A stretch of 64,000 nt of DNA, from contig JAYFMW010000006.1 in assembly GCA_042408215.1 (NCBI GenBank), positions 576,001-640,000 on the forward strand, given 5' to 3'. The notes under the pieces were generated by a model that worked only from the letters and a program-made list of their open reading frames with translations, was not told the DNA's origin and searched no databases. A program made the position numbers and the translations under genes. Origin of the DNA: Microcoleus sp. (GTDB taxonomy: Bacteria > Cyanobacteriota > Cyanobacteriia > Cyanobacteriales > Microcoleaceae). Each line of letters begins with the position of its first letter. The first letter of the stretch is position 1. This document shows, piece by piece, positions 43,345 through 54,745 of the stretch.

Positions 43345-44005
43345 ATGAAACTTTACCATACTCCGATTTCCTTCAACTCCCGCCGCGTGTGGATCGCCCT
43401 CATCGAAAAAAACCTCGACTTTGAATTAGTAGAAATTCACTTGGACGGCGATCACTTAGAGCCTGAATTTGTCGCAATGAATCCTTTTCATCGTATCCCT
43501 GTTTTGGTCGATGATGACTTCACCGTCGTCGAGTCTCTGGCAATTCTTGACTATCTAGAAGCCAAGTATCCCGAACCGGCAATGCTCCCGAAAGATGCGA
43601 AAGATTTGGCAGTTGTGAAAATGGTAGAATTGGTGACTGTTAACGAACTTGCGCCGACACTTTACCCCCTCATCAGTGAAGTAATGGGTTGGGGAATTCC
43701 TGAACCTCAAGCAATCGCAAAGGCTAAGGAAAAAGTCGATACTGTGCTGGCATTCTTTGAAGGTTTGTTGGACGATCGCCCTTTTTTCGCTAGTAACACT
43801 TTGACATTGGCCGACTGCGTTGCTGGAACTGTTGTACCCTTGCTGTCCTGGGTTGGTGTTCCCTTAGATCCGCTATCCTAAAATTCAAGCTTGGTGCGAT
43901 CGCCTAATATCGCGTCCCTCATTCCAGCAAACCCAATTCACCGAGGCAGACTTGGCGGCTTTCGCATCAAGGAGACAAACATTTCTGGCACAATCTCAAG
44001 CCTGA
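43345..44005 (+). CDS. Glutathione S-transferase family protein (apparent +1 frameshift at ~43870)
   Basis: NPFHRIPVL..ESLAILDYL; tail RYPKIQAWCDRLISRPSF is in another frame. Confidence 0.85.
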
Positions 44006-44019
44006 TTAGCTCTGATGAC

Positions 44020-44448
44020 ATGAACAAATCAATTGTCAAGCGATCGCTCTTTTTCCTAGCTGTTTTAACCTGCATCCAAATTCCTATTGTAGCACTTTCG
44101 CAGCCTGCAACTCGCTCTGGCTATGAAACAATTAACCCTAAACAGTTCGTTGCCGATCGCAAAATTACAGTCTCCAACCCCAAAGATATCGCATCCAAAC
44201 TCTTTAGCAGCGACCGAGAATCTGAAGGCAGAAAAAGCGATGGAATTTCGGTTGAATATCCAACGCGAGAAACAGCAGTAATTGTGCAGACTATCATCGG
44301 TTTAGCTGACGATTCTGTTGCTGGAATGCGACACCGGATTGAGCTTGTATTCAGGCAAAATAAGTGGGAAATTGTCTGGATAGGCCGACAATCCCGATGT
44401 CAACCAGGCCGCGGACATCAAAATTGGGCAAGCGGGCGCTGTCAGTAG
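44020..44448 (+). CDS. Hypothetical secreted protein
   Basis: Signal-peptide-like MNKSIVKRSLFFLAV..; DDSV..R..CQPGRGHQNW..C tail. Confidence 0.7.
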   Translation: MNKSIVKRSLFFLAVLTCIQIPIVALSQPATRSGYETINPKQFVADRKITVSNPKDIASKLFSSDRESEGRKSDGISVEYPTRETAVIVQTIIGLADDSVAGMRHRIELVFRQNKWEIVWIGRQSRCQPGRGHQNWASGRCQ

Positions 44449-44513
44449 CAAAGTCATATCGTGTTTTGTAGGGGCGGGTTTCACCAGCAAACTTTGAAAC
44501 AAAAGCGTTGTAG

Positions 44514-46103
44514 TGACATACTCCCACATCAAATCTGAGTACAGATTATGATGTGGGCTTCTTAACAGCCCGATGAAGGGTATGTAAGATTTCCTTGATG
44601 GTACTGTTATCCATAGTTCCTACTATAGAAAGATTCCCACTAGGGCGTTTTATACTGGGGAAAATGTCCAACCCCAGTCTTTTTAGGTTAATCGCAGCAT
44701 TAAGATCGCGATCTACCATCAAAGAATTTTGCTCGTCCCAATACTCTCGAATATTGCAGTCGGTGAAAACCATTTCATTCCGATAACACAGAAGCATTGA
44801 GGTGTAAGCAGGTTTTTGTGAAACGACGACTGCCCCAGTTTTTTCTACTATGTAGCTCAGCGTCGTAAAAAATTGCCCAAAAGCTGCATCCAGCCAGGAT
44901 TTATTCAATCCAGATTTAGCGGATTGCCCATTGGGTAAATATTTCCCATCCTCATCTTGTTTAACCTTGTTTCTTTTAGTTAAACCTTTGAGGTTTAAGT
45001 CTTCATGGAAGAAGAACTTAGCTCCCGTTCTGACTAATTTGTGAGCTGTTTTATAATGAAAGTCTTGGCGACAACGCGCAATCTTTTGATGCTGTCTCGC
45101 CTCTTTTTTTGCCAACTTTCGTCGGGCTTTAGACCTTCTTTTTCGTTGATTCCGCTTCAGGGAAATGCGGTCTAATTTAGCTTGATTCTTTCGGAGTGGC
45201 TTGAGGGAAGGTAATTTCTCACCCTCAGATGTCGCTAGATAAACATTTTCGTGTAACACTGCATCTAAACCGATTGAATTCTCCCAAGTGGGAGCAATTT
45301 TATCCGGTGTCAATTCAGGCACAGAAGTGTCTTCAAGTATTAATTGGAGGAACCAACCGTCGGCTTTCCTAGTGACACTCACTTGTTTAATGTTTAAACC
45401 ATCGGGGATGGCACGGTGCATCCGCACCTGGATAAACCCTAGTTTTGGCAATCGAATGTAAATCCAATTCTTGCGAATTAATTTAATCCAATCGTCCCTA
45501 GCCGTTGCCAAAGTCATTGTTCGGTAGTCGGCTTCAGTTTTGAATCGGGGTCTACCCGATCGCGCACCTTTGCTGTCACCGACAATAAACCTCTCAAAAG
45601 CTCGATCGACTCGTTTGGAAACGTCTTGCATAATCGTTGAATCGACTTGCTTAAAGTCTAATAACTCACCACTATGAAAGACTTTAACCAAATCTTTTTT
45701 TAGAATGGGTAACTGTTGTTTTTGGCAGTAGTAGTTAGGCTTTTCTCTGGGAGCCGCAATACTGGTTTTCAAGGGACAAGCATTGATAGCAGTACGGTTC
45801 ATTTCCCACCAATCAAAACGATCTCCCAATTGGCGATTGTACCAATAACGGCAAATTCTGAGCCATTGGTTGAGAGCTAGCTTTTGATTAGTGTCGGGAT
45901 AGAACTTGTACTGATATGTCGCCTTCATTGAATTGCCGTTTTTTGTTAGTATTATTTTACCAGGATTTGTTGGTCTCGTCATCCATCCGCCCACTCCTCA
46001 AAGCTATGCTTTGAGATTGTGAACAGATGGAATCCTCACCTCACACGCCTTTCATCCCACACTAACCGAGGCGGTATAGTGTGGGGATTCCCGTCTGTCT
46101 AGC
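44514..46103 (-). mobile_element. IS200/IS605-family tnpA-less element
   Basis: Right end GAAG-cccacatc..gatgtggg-TCAC; left-end hairpin cccacacta..tagtgtggg at 46058-46087; left boundary approximate. Confidence 0.7.
44546..45928 (-). CDS. tnpB: RNA-guided endonuclease TnpB (Zn-finger-less variant)
   Basis: MKATYQYKFYP start; IGLD, HEDL and DRDLNAA motifs; no CxxC pairs. Confidence 0.9.
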   Translation of the reverse strand: MKATYQYKFYPDTNQKLALNQWLRICRYWYNRQLGDRFDWWEMNRTAINACPLKTSIAAPREKPNYYCQKQQLPILKKDLVKVFHSGELLDFKQVDSTIMQDVSKRVDRAFERFIVGDSKGARSGRPRFKTEADYRTMTLATARDDWIKLIRKNWIYIRLPKLGFIQVRMHRAIPDGLNIKQVSVTRKADGWFLQLILEDTSVPELTPDKIAPTWENSIGLDAVLHENVYLATSEGEKLPSLKPLRKNQAKLDRISLKRNQRKRRSKARRKLAKKEARQHQKIARCRQDFHYKTAHKLVRTGAKFFFHEDLNLKGLTKRNKVKQDEDGKYLPNGQSAKSGLNKSWLDAAFGQFFTTLSYIVEKTGAVVVSQKPAYTSMLLCYRNEMVFTDCNIREYWDEQNSLMVDRDLNAAINLKRLGLDIFPSIKRPSGNLSIVGTMDNSTIKEILHTLHRAVKKPTS

Positions 46104-46167
46104 TAAAACAATAGAATAGCTATATCCCCGACTTCTATGTTATATCCGCTAAGTCGGGGATATAACA

Positions 46168-46275
46168 TATAGCGGTTCTCAAAAAAGTGAGGTATGCCCA
46201 CGGAACCCTATGCCCTATGCCCCATGCCCCATGCCCTATGCCCAGTCGTACCTCATCTTTCTGAGAAAGGCTATA
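46168..46275. repeat. MITE family B, second copy (inverted)
   Basis: Same TIRs as 32966-33094 with internal tgccc(t/c)a heptamers. Confidence 0.7.
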
Positions 46276-46286
46276 GAACTCCTATC

Positions 46287-47177
46287 TTATTTGCACATAA
46301 TCAAATTCCCAGCAGATATAAACCCCGGTACTGGTTCTGAAATCTCAACCCAATTGCGGGCTTCTCCATTCTTATCTTTCACTAACTGGAAATTTGGCAC
46401 AAGCGTTACTTTACCGTTAGCTGGTACGCCGCCTTTAACCGCAGCAGTCTTTGAAGGCTCCGCGCGGATAGCTAGACCCTTGGGCGCCACGCGAGGTTCT
46501 ACTTGGCGGCACAGGCTTACAGGGCCTGGTGCGGGTGCGGGTGCGGGTGCGGGTGCGGGTGCGGGTGCGGGTGCGGGTGCGGGTGCGGGTGCGGGCGCTG
46601 GTGCGGGTGCGGGTGTTGGTGCGGGTGCGGGTGCGGGTGTTGGTGCGGGTGCGGGTGCGGGTGCGGGACTCGGTGCAGGAGTTGGTGCGGGTGCGGGTGC
46701 GGGTGTTGGTGCGGGTGCGGGTGCGGGTGCGGGACTCGGTGCAGGAGTTGGACTTGTGCTTGCTGTGGTGCACGAACCTAAATTAGTCTCGCTGTTGGGA
46801 TATCCGCTAGCCACATATCCTTTGACGGGAGTGGCGATTTGAATCCAGAGACGGCCGTCGGGGCCCTTGACGGAAGTGGCACCTTGAGATAGCGTGACTT
46901 GACTCTTAGACAGGACACCGCCAACACGAGGGGATTTGGGATCTGGGCTCTGGCGGACTGTCAAACCCTCCTTGGGAGTGACTTGGCGGCAAAGGTTGTC
47001 GGCTTGGGCTATTTGAAAGGTGGCGCTATCTCCCAATGAAATTTTTTCAGCATCCTGATTGAGATTGGATGTGGATTCGGCGGTAACAGCAATTGCATTA
47101 GTCTGCAAACTCCCGGCTACGATCGCGATCGCGCCCAGTAAAGCAGCGGGTTTGTTCCAGCAATTCAAGTTTTTCAT
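46287..47177 (-). CDS. Secreted protein with two SH3b-like domains and a Pro-Ala linker
   Basis: Signal peptide; two LCRQV..GL.[VI]R..W.[QE]I..PV.G[YF][VI] domains; (PA)n encoded by a GGTGCG microsatellite. Confidence 0.75.
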   Translation of the reverse strand: MKNLNCWNKPAALLGAIAIVAGSLQTNAIAVTAESTSNLNQDAEKISLGDSATFQIAQADNLCRQVTPKEGLTVRQSPDPKSPRVGGVLSKSQVTLSQGATSVKGPDGRLWIQIATPVKGYVASGYPNSETNLGSCTTASTSPTPAPSPAPAPAPAPTPAPAPAPTPAPSPAPAPAPAPTPAPAPAPTPAPAPAPAPAPAPAPAPAPAPAPAPAPAPGPVSLCRQVEPRVAPKGLAIRAEPSKTAAVKGGVPANGKVTLVPNFQLVKDKNGEARNWVEISEPVPGFISAGNLIMCK

Positions 47178-47475
47178 ACGTTCACTCCTCATGTAACCAA
47201 AACAATTATCTTAATTGCAGGTCAATATAGCAAAAAAATTGATTGGTCTTCCAGAATCATCCTGCGATCGGGCGATTTTAGATTTGAGATTTGAGATTTT
47301 AGATGATGGAATTGCTCCCAGGTATGAATCTGGGGGCTTTGTACCTTGGATGCTTGCGGTCAAGATTTAAAGCCGCCCCAGCCATACCCTCCGGGCCCAA
47401 GGAGGAGCAACGGCCTTAGATCCCCGACTTCTTCAAGAAGTCGGGGATCTGAGAGTTCTGTTTTTTCACGCCGCT

Positions 47476-48480
47476 TTAAAATTGCCGCAAAAAGCGCAAA
47501 TCGCTAGCATAAACCCGACGAATATCATCAATTTCATGTAGTACCATTGCGAAGCGCTCAACCCCAAAACCCGCCGCAAAACCAGTATATTTTTCGGGGT
47601 CTAAACCAACTCCTTTCAGAACGTTAGGATCGACCGTACCGCATCCCAAAACTTCTAGCCATTTACCATTCCACTGCAAATCAACTTCCGCAGAAGGTTC
47701 TGTAAACGGAAAGTAACTCGTGCGAAAACGAATCGGCAAATCTTGCCCGAACATTTGCCGCAAAAACTCTTTAATTGTGCCTTTCAAGTCAGTAAAAGTC
47801 AGCCCTTCATCTATGGCCAAAAGTTCAATTTGGTGGAAGACTGCGGCGTGGGTAGCATCGACGGTATCGCGGCGGTAAACGCGGCCGGGAGAGACAATCC
47901 GAATCGGCGGTTTGTGCTGTTCCATGTAGCGAATTTGCACTGAGGATGTTTGAGTTCGCAGCAGGTTTCCGCCTGGGAGGTAAAAGGTATCTTGCATATC
48001 CCGCGCTGGGTGGTCTGGCGGGGTGTTCAATGCCTCAAAATTGTAATAGTCTGTTTCCATTTCCGGGCCGTTGGCGACGGTGTAGCCGAGGCCGACAAAG
48101 ATATCCAAAGCGCGGTCTATGACGCTGTTTAAGGGGTGTATGCGGCCTTGGGGGCGAAAAATGCCCGGCATGGTGACATCGAGGGTTTCTGAGGCTAATT
48201 TGGCTTGGATTTGGGCGGTTTGGAGGGCGGTACGTTTGTCTTCTAAGTCGGTTTGTAGGGCTTCTTTGACGGTGTTGGCGATCGCACCTAGTTTCGGCCG
48301 CTGATCTGGCGGCAGTTTGCCCATCATGCCTAAAATTTGAGATAGTTGACCTTTTTTGCCGAGGTAATTGACGCGCAACTGTTCGAGTTGTTCGAGGGTA
48401 TTGGTGGTGGCGATCGCACTTTTGGCTTCTTGGCCCAGGGTTTCTAGTTGGGTTTCAATGTCGCTTAGCTGGACAGTCAT
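47476..48480 (-). CDS. pheS: Phenylalanine-tRNA ligase alpha subunit
   Basis: [17 protein letters not shown] and [10 protein letters not shown] motifs. Confidence 0.98.
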   Translation of the reverse strand: MTVQLSDIETQLETLGQEAKSAIATTNTLEQLEQLRVNYLGKKGQLSQILGMMGKLPPDQRPKLGAIANTVKEALQTDLEDKRTALQTAQIQAKLASETLDVTMPGIFRPQGRIHPLNSVIDRALDIFVGLGYTVANGPEMETDYYNFEALNTPPDHPARDMQDTFYLPGGNLLRTQTSSVQIRYMEQHKPPIRIVSPGRVYRRDTVDATHAAVFHQIELLAIDEGLTFTDLKGTIKEFLRQMFGQDLPIRFRTSYFPFTEPSAEVDLQWNGKWLEVLGCGTVDPNVLKGVGLDPEKYTGFAAGFGVERFAMVLHEIDDIRRVYASDLRFLRQF

Positions 48481-48704
48481 TTTGATTTTAGATTTTAGAT
48501 TTTAGATTTTAGATTGATGGCTGTTTGAGCCAAGCTGAGTTTAGCGCAATTTGGGAGCGATCGGCTTGTTGATTTGAGATTTGAGATTTGAGATTTGAGA
48601 TTGAAGGCTGTGTAATAGGTAATTCGTAATAGGTAATTGGAGGTGAGAGCGATCGCCAGACTTGAATTTAGTTTACTATTGCGATCAGGCCTACAAAACT
48701 TTTC

Positions 48705-49511
48705 ATGAAACTTCTAATTAGCAACGACGACGGCATCTTTGCACAAGGCATCCGCAGCCTCGCCAACGCTCTCGCCGCCGCCGGCCACGAAGTGAGCGTA
48801 GTTTGTCCCGACAGAGAACGCTCGGCCACGGGCCACGGGCTGACACTCCACCAACCCATCCGCGCCGAAATTGTCGAATCTATTTTTGACCCAGCAGTCA
48901 CAGCTTGGGCTTGTTCCGGTACTCCCGCTGACTGCGTGAAACTAGCTCTGTGGGCTTTACTTGACAAACCGCCAGATTTTGTGCTTTCTGGCATTAATCA
49001 CGGCCCCAATTTAGGAACGGATATCCTCTGTTCAGGGACTGTTTCGGCGGCAATGGAAGGTATGATGGAAGGCATTCCCAGCATTGCTTTCAGCCTTGCG
49101 AGCTATACTTCGCAGGAATTTGGGCCGGCGGTGGATTTCGCTGTCTCTTTGCTCTCACAGTTGGAAAAAGTGCCAATGGCAAAACCGATGCTGTTGAATG
49201 TGAATATACCGGCGGTTAAACAAGCAGAAATTACCGGAGTGGCGATCGCCCGTCAAGGTATTCGCCGCTATTTCGATATATTTCAAAAGCGCACCGATCC
49301 GCGCGGCAAAACTTATTATTGGCTGGCTGGGGAATTGTTAGAAGATGTGGAAGAAACCCCAGAGCCCGCCGTACCCCATGATCTTCCTACGGACGTACAA
49401 GCTATTCGCGACAACAGGATTACCGTTACTCCTCTTCAATACAATCTCACCTGTGGTGCCGACTTGCACCGCTTACAGGATTGGCAATTTAAAGGTTTTG
49501 CAATGGATTAA
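48705..49511 (+). CDS. surE: 5'/3'-nucleotidase SurE
   Basis: SNDDG, GTPADCV and SGINHGPN motifs. Confidence 0.96.
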   Translation: MKLLISNDDGIFAQGIRSLANALAAAGHEVSVVCPDRERSATGHGLTLHQPIRAEIVESIFDPAVTAWACSGTPADCVKLALWALLDKPPDFVLSGINHGPNLGTDILCSGTVSAAMEGMMEGIPSIAFSLASYTSQEFGPAVDFAVSLLSQLEKVPMAKPMLLNVNIPAVKQAEITGVAIARQGIRRYFDIFQKRTDPRGKTYYWLAGELLEDVEETPEPAVPHDLPTDVQAIRDNRITVTPLQYNLTCGADLHRLQDWQFKGFAMD

Positions 49512-49765
49512 TATCCGATCCGGCGGATCAGAGGAGTAAAATAGGAATTAAGGCAATGTGCCGCTCAATCGGATATCCCCCCCTAGCCCCCCTTAGTAAG
49601 GGGAGTAGGGGAGTAGGGGGTGTGGGACAAGAGCATCCTTTCGTCCCCCGACTATCAGGGGGATTTGGGGGTATCGGAATCTGAGAAAGAAAGTTTCAAA
49701 ACACGCTCTAGGCGTTAGCGCAGGCTCTCAATTGGTTGTTGGTTTTTTACCCAAGAAAAACAGTT

Positions 49766-50164
49766 ATGAACGCTCCCACCTATCACACTCATTCTGTCAC
49801 TTGCCCGATTTGCCACCGTTCCAGCATCGTCGGCCCAGTGGGGATGGTTAGCGGACTATTCACTTGTCCCCACTGTCATTCCCATATGGTAATTAGCTGG
49901 AGTGGCCATTTTGTGCGCGATCCTTTTACTCTAAAACAATTAACGGTGGGGAAGATGCTCAGGCGCGAGAGCAGGCCTCTAGCTCGCATTCAGCGCGACT
50001 TGGGGATTGGGAAGCATTTCCCGTTGGTGGCTCTTTTGGGGAGTGCTGTATTTTTGGGATTTGCGATCGTCGCGACAGAGCAATCGTTACCGCGACAGCA
50101 GTCGTTTCAAGGATTTTTAGAATGGGTGAGTGGGAGTGGGAATTCTCAGGATGTCTCTCGTTAA
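49766..50164 (+). CDS. Hypothetical Zn-ribbon membrane protein
   Basis: CPIC..CPHC plus C-terminal TM segment. Confidence 0.7.
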   Translation: MNAPTYHTHSVTCPICHRSSIVGPVGMVSGLFTCPHCHSHMVISWSGHFVRDPFTLKQLTVGKMLRRESRPLARIQRDLGIGKHFPLVALLGSAVFLGFAIVATEQSLPRQQSFQGFLEWVSGSGNSQDVSR

Positions 50165-50293
50165 CATTTCGCTACATTAATTTTGACACTGACTGGGTTT
50201 AAATTTCTCTTCCTTTAGGTATAGTTGACAATTTTGGATTTGGGATTTTAAGCTTTTTAGGGCGGGCTTTCCGGCCAACCCCACAAGAAACTT

Positions 50294-50457
50294 AATGTAT
50301 TGTGGAACAGGCCGGAAAGCCTGTTGCCGAGATGGTCCCAATTAAAAGTATCAGACTGAATGTATTGTGGAACTGGCCGGAAAGCCTGTTGCCAAGATTG
50401 TCCCCATTAAAAGTATCAGACTGAATGTATTGTGGAACAGGCCGGAAAGCCCGTTGC
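50294..50457. repeat. 65-bp tandem repeat x2.5 containing an aacaggccggaaagcctgtt hairpin
   Basis: Units start at 50294, 50359 and 50424. Confidence 0.85.
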
Positions 50458-50487
50458 TAACAGTGGTGCAAGATATTTTGATCTTAA

Positions 50488-51711
50488 TTACTTCTGAAAA
50501 TCACCAATTCTTCTAACAGCTTCTGCCAAAATTTCCGGCGATTCAACTAAGGCAAATCGAACATAGCCTTCTCCTGATTTCCCGAAGCCGGCACCGGGGG
50601 AAGCTGCAACTCCTGTACTTTCTACTAACTGAGTGCAAAATTTCACAGAATCTAAAGCCCAAGGTTCCGGGAGTTTCGCCCAAACGTACATTGTAGCGGG
50701 GGGGATTGGCACTTCCCAGCCAATGTTTTGCAGGGCATGGACGAAGGTATCTCGCCGTTTTCGGAAGGTTTCTACACTGGTTTTAACGGTGTCTTGAGGG
50801 CCTGTTAAAGCTGCGATCGCTCCCTTCAAAATACCAAGGTATTGGTTGAAATCCACGGCGGCTTTTACTTGTCGCAGTGCTTCAATGATTTCGGAATTGC
50901 CGATCGCATATCCGACTCGAAAACCTCCCATATTGTACGATTTGGAGAGTGTAAAAAACTCGATCGACAGGCTTTTCTCGCGATCGGCCTGAAAAATTGA
51001 CGGCGCCATCAATTTTCGATATTCCTCCTCGTTCCCGGAGGGCGGGCCTGGGGGCACCGCCCCTAGGTCATCGTCAAACACCAAATCCACGTAAGGGAAA
51101 TCGTGCACTAAAACCAGCCCATGTTCCCGACAAAAGGCCACGGCTTTCTCAAAAAAAGCCACAGGTGCGATCGCAGTTGTTGGATTATGAGGATAGCTCA
51201 AAACCATCATCTTCGCATGAGCCAAAACAGGTTTCGGAATATCATCAAATACTGGTAAAAACTGATTTTCTGCTAACAGCGGCATCGGATAAATTTGCCC
51301 CCCAGCCAAATAAACACCGCCCGCGTGGGAAGGATAACCCGGATCGAGCAATAAAGCAAAATCTCCGGGGTTGAGTACAGCTAAAGGCAAATGCGCCGTG
51401 CCTTCTTGGGAACCAATTAAAGGCAGCACTTCTGTTTCTGGATTGACTGAAATACCAAATTTTTGTTCGTACCAAATAGCTGCTGCTTCCCGAAAAGATT
51501 TTGTCCCGTTAAACAGCAAATAGCCGTGAGTTTTGGAGTCGGACAAAGAATTCGCGATCGCATCTGTAATATGAGCCGCCGCCGGCAAATCTGAAGAACC
51601 CAGAGACAAGTCAATGACGTTTTTTCCGGCTGCTTTAGCTAGAGTTTTAGCCCGATCCATATCGGCAAATACATTGAATTCCAGGGGTTTTAATCGTTTG
51701 GCAAATTGCAT
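50488..51711 (-). CDS. PLP-dependent class I/II aminotransferase (LL-diaminopimelate aminotransferase-like)
   Basis: YPHNPT and SKSYNMGGFRVG motifs. Confidence 0.85.
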   Translation of the reverse strand: MQFAKRLKPLEFNVFADMDRAKTLAKAAGKNVIDLSLGSSDLPAAAHITDAIANSLSDSKTHGYLLFNGTKSFREAAAIWYEQKFGISVNPETEVLPLIGSQEGTAHLPLAVLNPGDFALLLDPGYPSHAGGVYLAGGQIYPMPLLAENQFLPVFDDIPKPVLAHAKMMVLSYPHNPTTAIAPVAFFEKAVAFCREHGLVLVHDFPYVDLVFDDDLGAVPPGPPSGNEEEYRKLMAPSIFQADREKSLSIEFFTLSKSYNMGGFRVGYAIGNSEIIEALRQVKAAVDFNQYLGILKGAIAALTGPQDTVKTSVETFRKRRDTFVHALQNIGWEVPIPPATMYVWAKLPEPWALDSVKFCTQLVESTGVAASPGAGFGKSGEGYVRFALVESPEILAEAVRRIGDFQK

Positions 51712-51929
51712 ATTTTTTGTAAGTTTTTGGGAGTGTTAATCTTTTTTTGGGAGGCTTGACTGAGGATTGTTTATTTTTGGGATTTTTGAAAGATTTTTTA
51801 ACCACAGAGGGCGCAGAGGGCGCAGAGAAAGAGAGGAATATTGAGGAGAGAATAGAGATGTTTAAAGAATATTTGCGATTGCTATAGTTGTGATTTGGGA
51901 GTTGGAAACTCCCGAATCATTTCAAAATT

Positions 51930-52253
51930 TTATAAGTGAGCGTCTAACAAACCGATCAAGGTTTGTTTGGTAATTGCTCCCTCGTGGGAAAGCACTACTT
52001 CGGCATTTTTAAACAGTCTAAGAGCTGGCACTCCTTCTACTTTATACTGTTTGACAGTAGTGGGATTGGGGTCAATTTCCATTTTAACTACTTTGAGGCC
52101 ACTATAGTTGGCCGCTACCCAGTCTACTGAAGGTGCGATCAGCTTACAAGGCCCGCACCAACCAGCCCAAAAATAAGCCAGCACTGGTTGCTCTGCTTTC
52201 AAGACTTCTGTTTCAAATTTTTCGTCGTTAATGACAATTACACTGTTGCTCAT
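51930..52253 (-). CDS. Thioredoxin (x-type-like)
   Basis: WCGPC active site; VEGVPALRLFK. Confidence 0.92.
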   Translation of the reverse strand: MSNSVIVINDEKFETEVLKAEQPVLAYFWAGWCGPCKLIAPSVDWVAANYSGLKVVKMEIDPNPTTVKQYKVEGVPALRLFKNAEVVLSHEGAITKQTLIGLLDAHL

Positions 52254-52396
52254 GGTTTGAGAATTATTTTTCCTATTTATTTTTACAGCAGCCGCTCTGT
52301 AAAATTTACACGAACTTACAAGACGGATTCAGAAGACTGTTATTAATTCTAAAACATTCTGTCAACTATTGAGTGCAAACTGAGGAATAAAGACTG

Positions 52397-53162
52397 ATGG
52401 CTAATTCTGTTTGGCGTGTAATTCCACTGCTGTCAGCGTCTGGGGCGGTGCAGATGGCGATCGACCAATGGCTGCTGGAACAGCATCTGGCTGGCCAAAT
52501 TCCGCCAACTCTGCGATTTTATACTTGGGCACCGGCGGCGATTTCTTTGGGCTATCACCAGCGCAGATACCCGGATTTTTGGCAGCATCTCTCTTTTGGG
52601 GGAATTCCTGTGGAGTTGGTGCGGCGTCCCAGCGGCGGGCGCGCGGTGCTCCACCAGGGGGATTTAACTTATGCGGTGGTGGTGTCGGGATTTGCGGGGA
52701 GTCGTCTCAAAGCTTATCAGAATATCTGCGAGTTTTTGATTGAGGGTTGGCGGGAAATGGGTTTGGATTTGCACTACGGGGATGCGGGAAGGGGTTATAT
52801 TCACAATCCGAATTGTTTTGGTACGGCGACGGGTGCAGATTTAGTTACACTTGATGGCTGTAAGTTCATTGGGAGCGCGCAATTACGCAGGGGTGATGCT
52901 ATTTTGCAGCACGGTTCTATGCGTTTACAGCCTGATTTTGATTTGTTTTCTCAAGTTTTTGGTGAGCAGTTAATTCCTGTGAGTTTACCTCTATCTGAAG
53001 GGGGAAATGATTTGATTGAAACTGTAATTGATGTTTTGAGTGGCGGCGGCTTGTCGCTGTTTTGAAATTGATTTGAAAGTGCAGCCGCTGTCGGAAGAGG
53101 AATGGCTGGAAATTCTGGAATTAACCAGTAATCCGACAGGGGTTTCAACTCCTGTCTCATAG
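52397..53162 (+). CDS. Lipoate-protein ligase A family (apparent +1 frameshift at ~53042)
   Basis: RRPSGGRAVLH, KFIGSAQ and LQHGS motifs; tail AAACRCFEIDLKVQPLSEEEW is in another frame. Confidence 0.85.
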
Positions 53163-53470
53163 CTAAATTCCTCTTAAGAGGACTAAAGATTTTACCGCTT
53201 AAAAGTTATACAACCAGGACTCAGAAAAAAAAATAATTGCTGCTATTGGTAGGGCGATCATGGCGCACCCTACCAATAGAGTTTATGCGTAAGTCCCTGA
53301 CAACATTAGTCAAGTTATAGCAATCCTTGCAGGAGTCGTAAAGTTTTTTACCCCACCCCAACCCTCCCCTTATTAAGGGGAGGGAGTAAGAAATTCACAA
53401 ATGATTTAGGATTGCTATAGTATTTGAGTCGTCTTACCCATTACCCATTACCCATTACCCATGCCCAATT

Positions 53471-54664
53471 CTAATCTTGTGCGGTTTTGGCGATCGCACT
53501 TAATTGCAATCCCTGGGGATAGCTGTTTTCTTCTTTGCTGCGCTTGATGTCGGCTTCGGAAATTGTGGGTTTGAGGTGTTTTGCCAAAACTTTAACCACG
53601 TCGCCCCGATCGATCGTACCCACTACTGAACCTATGGGCGAGAGGACGATTATTCTGGGCAATTGACCCGATTCCATAGTGTTGATTACTTCAGCCAGGG
53701 ATGCTTTTTCTGAGACTGTGCTGGTTTTTTCCAGCGGTTTCACAATGTTTTGCAGAGTCTGAATTTGCCACTGACTGCGTTCTGTGAAGCGGATATCGTC
53801 GATCGACACTAAGCCCAAATCTCGCCCGTTGGCCGCGGCCACGTAAAATGGAAAGGGATTGACTTCTAACAAATATCGATCGGCAAATTCTCGCAAGGTA
53901 GAATCTGCATTTACCACTCGAAATTCGCGGCTCATGGCATCAGACGCTGTGGTTTTGAGCAAGGCTTCTTGTAGGGAAGTCAATCGACTATAAGCAGTGG
54001 CATTGCGAATGGCAAACCAGCCGATTAGTGCAATCCACAAACCGCCGTACTCGCCCGCCAATAAGCATAAAGCTAATCCAAAAGCAATGGCTAACCAACC
54101 TAAAACTTGTCCGGTTTTTGCCGCCCAGCGAACACCGGCAAATCGAGATCCAGTTATTTTCCAAATAGCTGCTTTTAAAACCTGTCCTCCGTCCAAAGGT
54201 AGACCGGGAATTAAGTTAAATAATCCCAAAACTAGATTGATTTCTGCTACCCTTTCTGCTACAATTCCTAGCAAATTGGTCCGAGGCAGAACTTGAGAGC
54301 CTAAACCGAGGATTAAAAATATCCCGAAGCTGACGAGAGGGCCGGCGATGGCTACTTGAAAAGCTTGACCGGGAGTTTTTGATTCCGATTCGATCGATGC
54401 AACTCCACCAAATAAGAATAGGGTAATAGAATTGACTTTAATGCCTTGCGACATTGCCACTAAGCTGTGTCCCAATTCGTGCAGCAGTACGGAACCAAAC
54501 AGCAGCAAAGCTATTGCCAATCCCGCACTCCACGAGAGCGCAGGCCCCCACTCGCCGTAACTGCTAGCATATGCGCGGGTTGCTAGGGCTAAAATTACAA
54601 ACCACGAGTAATCTATCAGTAGTGGGATGCCAAATAAAGAGCCGATTCGCCAACCTGTCTGCAT
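53471..54664 (-). CDS. Site-2 protease (M50) with CBS domains
   Basis: HELGH and NLIPGLPLDGG motifs. Confidence 0.93.
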   Translation of the reverse strand: MQTGWRIGSLFGIPLLIDYSWFVILALATRAYASSYGEWGPALSWSAGLAIALLLFGSVLLHELGHSLVAMSQGIKVNSITLFLFGGVASIESESKTPGQAFQVAIAGPLVSFGIFLILGLGSQVLPRTNLLGIVAERVAEINLVLGLFNLIPGLPLDGGQVLKAAIWKITGSRFAGVRWAAKTGQVLGWLAIAFGLALCLLAGEYGGLWIALIGWFAIRNATAYSRLTSLQEALLKTTASDAMSREFRVVNADSTLREFADRYLLEVNPFPFYVAAANGRDLGLVSIDDIRFTERSQWQIQTLQNIVKPLEKTSTVSEKASLAEVINTMESGQLPRIIVLSPIGSVVGTIDRGDVVKVLAKHLKPTISEADIKRSKEENSYPQGLQLSAIAKTAQD

Positions 54665-54745
54665 GAAGTTTTCCTGGAAAAGGAGAATAAGGAAGAGTTT
54701 CTATTATATCTTCCCTTCCCCTTCTCCTTCCGCTTCTCCTTATTT

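Noticed and set aside
46210..46842. Poly-GA, poly-GC and poly-RV ORFs
   Set aside because: Alternative frames of the Pro-Ala linker microsatellite
50294..50457. Mini-CRISPR
   Set aside because: The two intervening segments are nearly identical, so it is a tandem duplication
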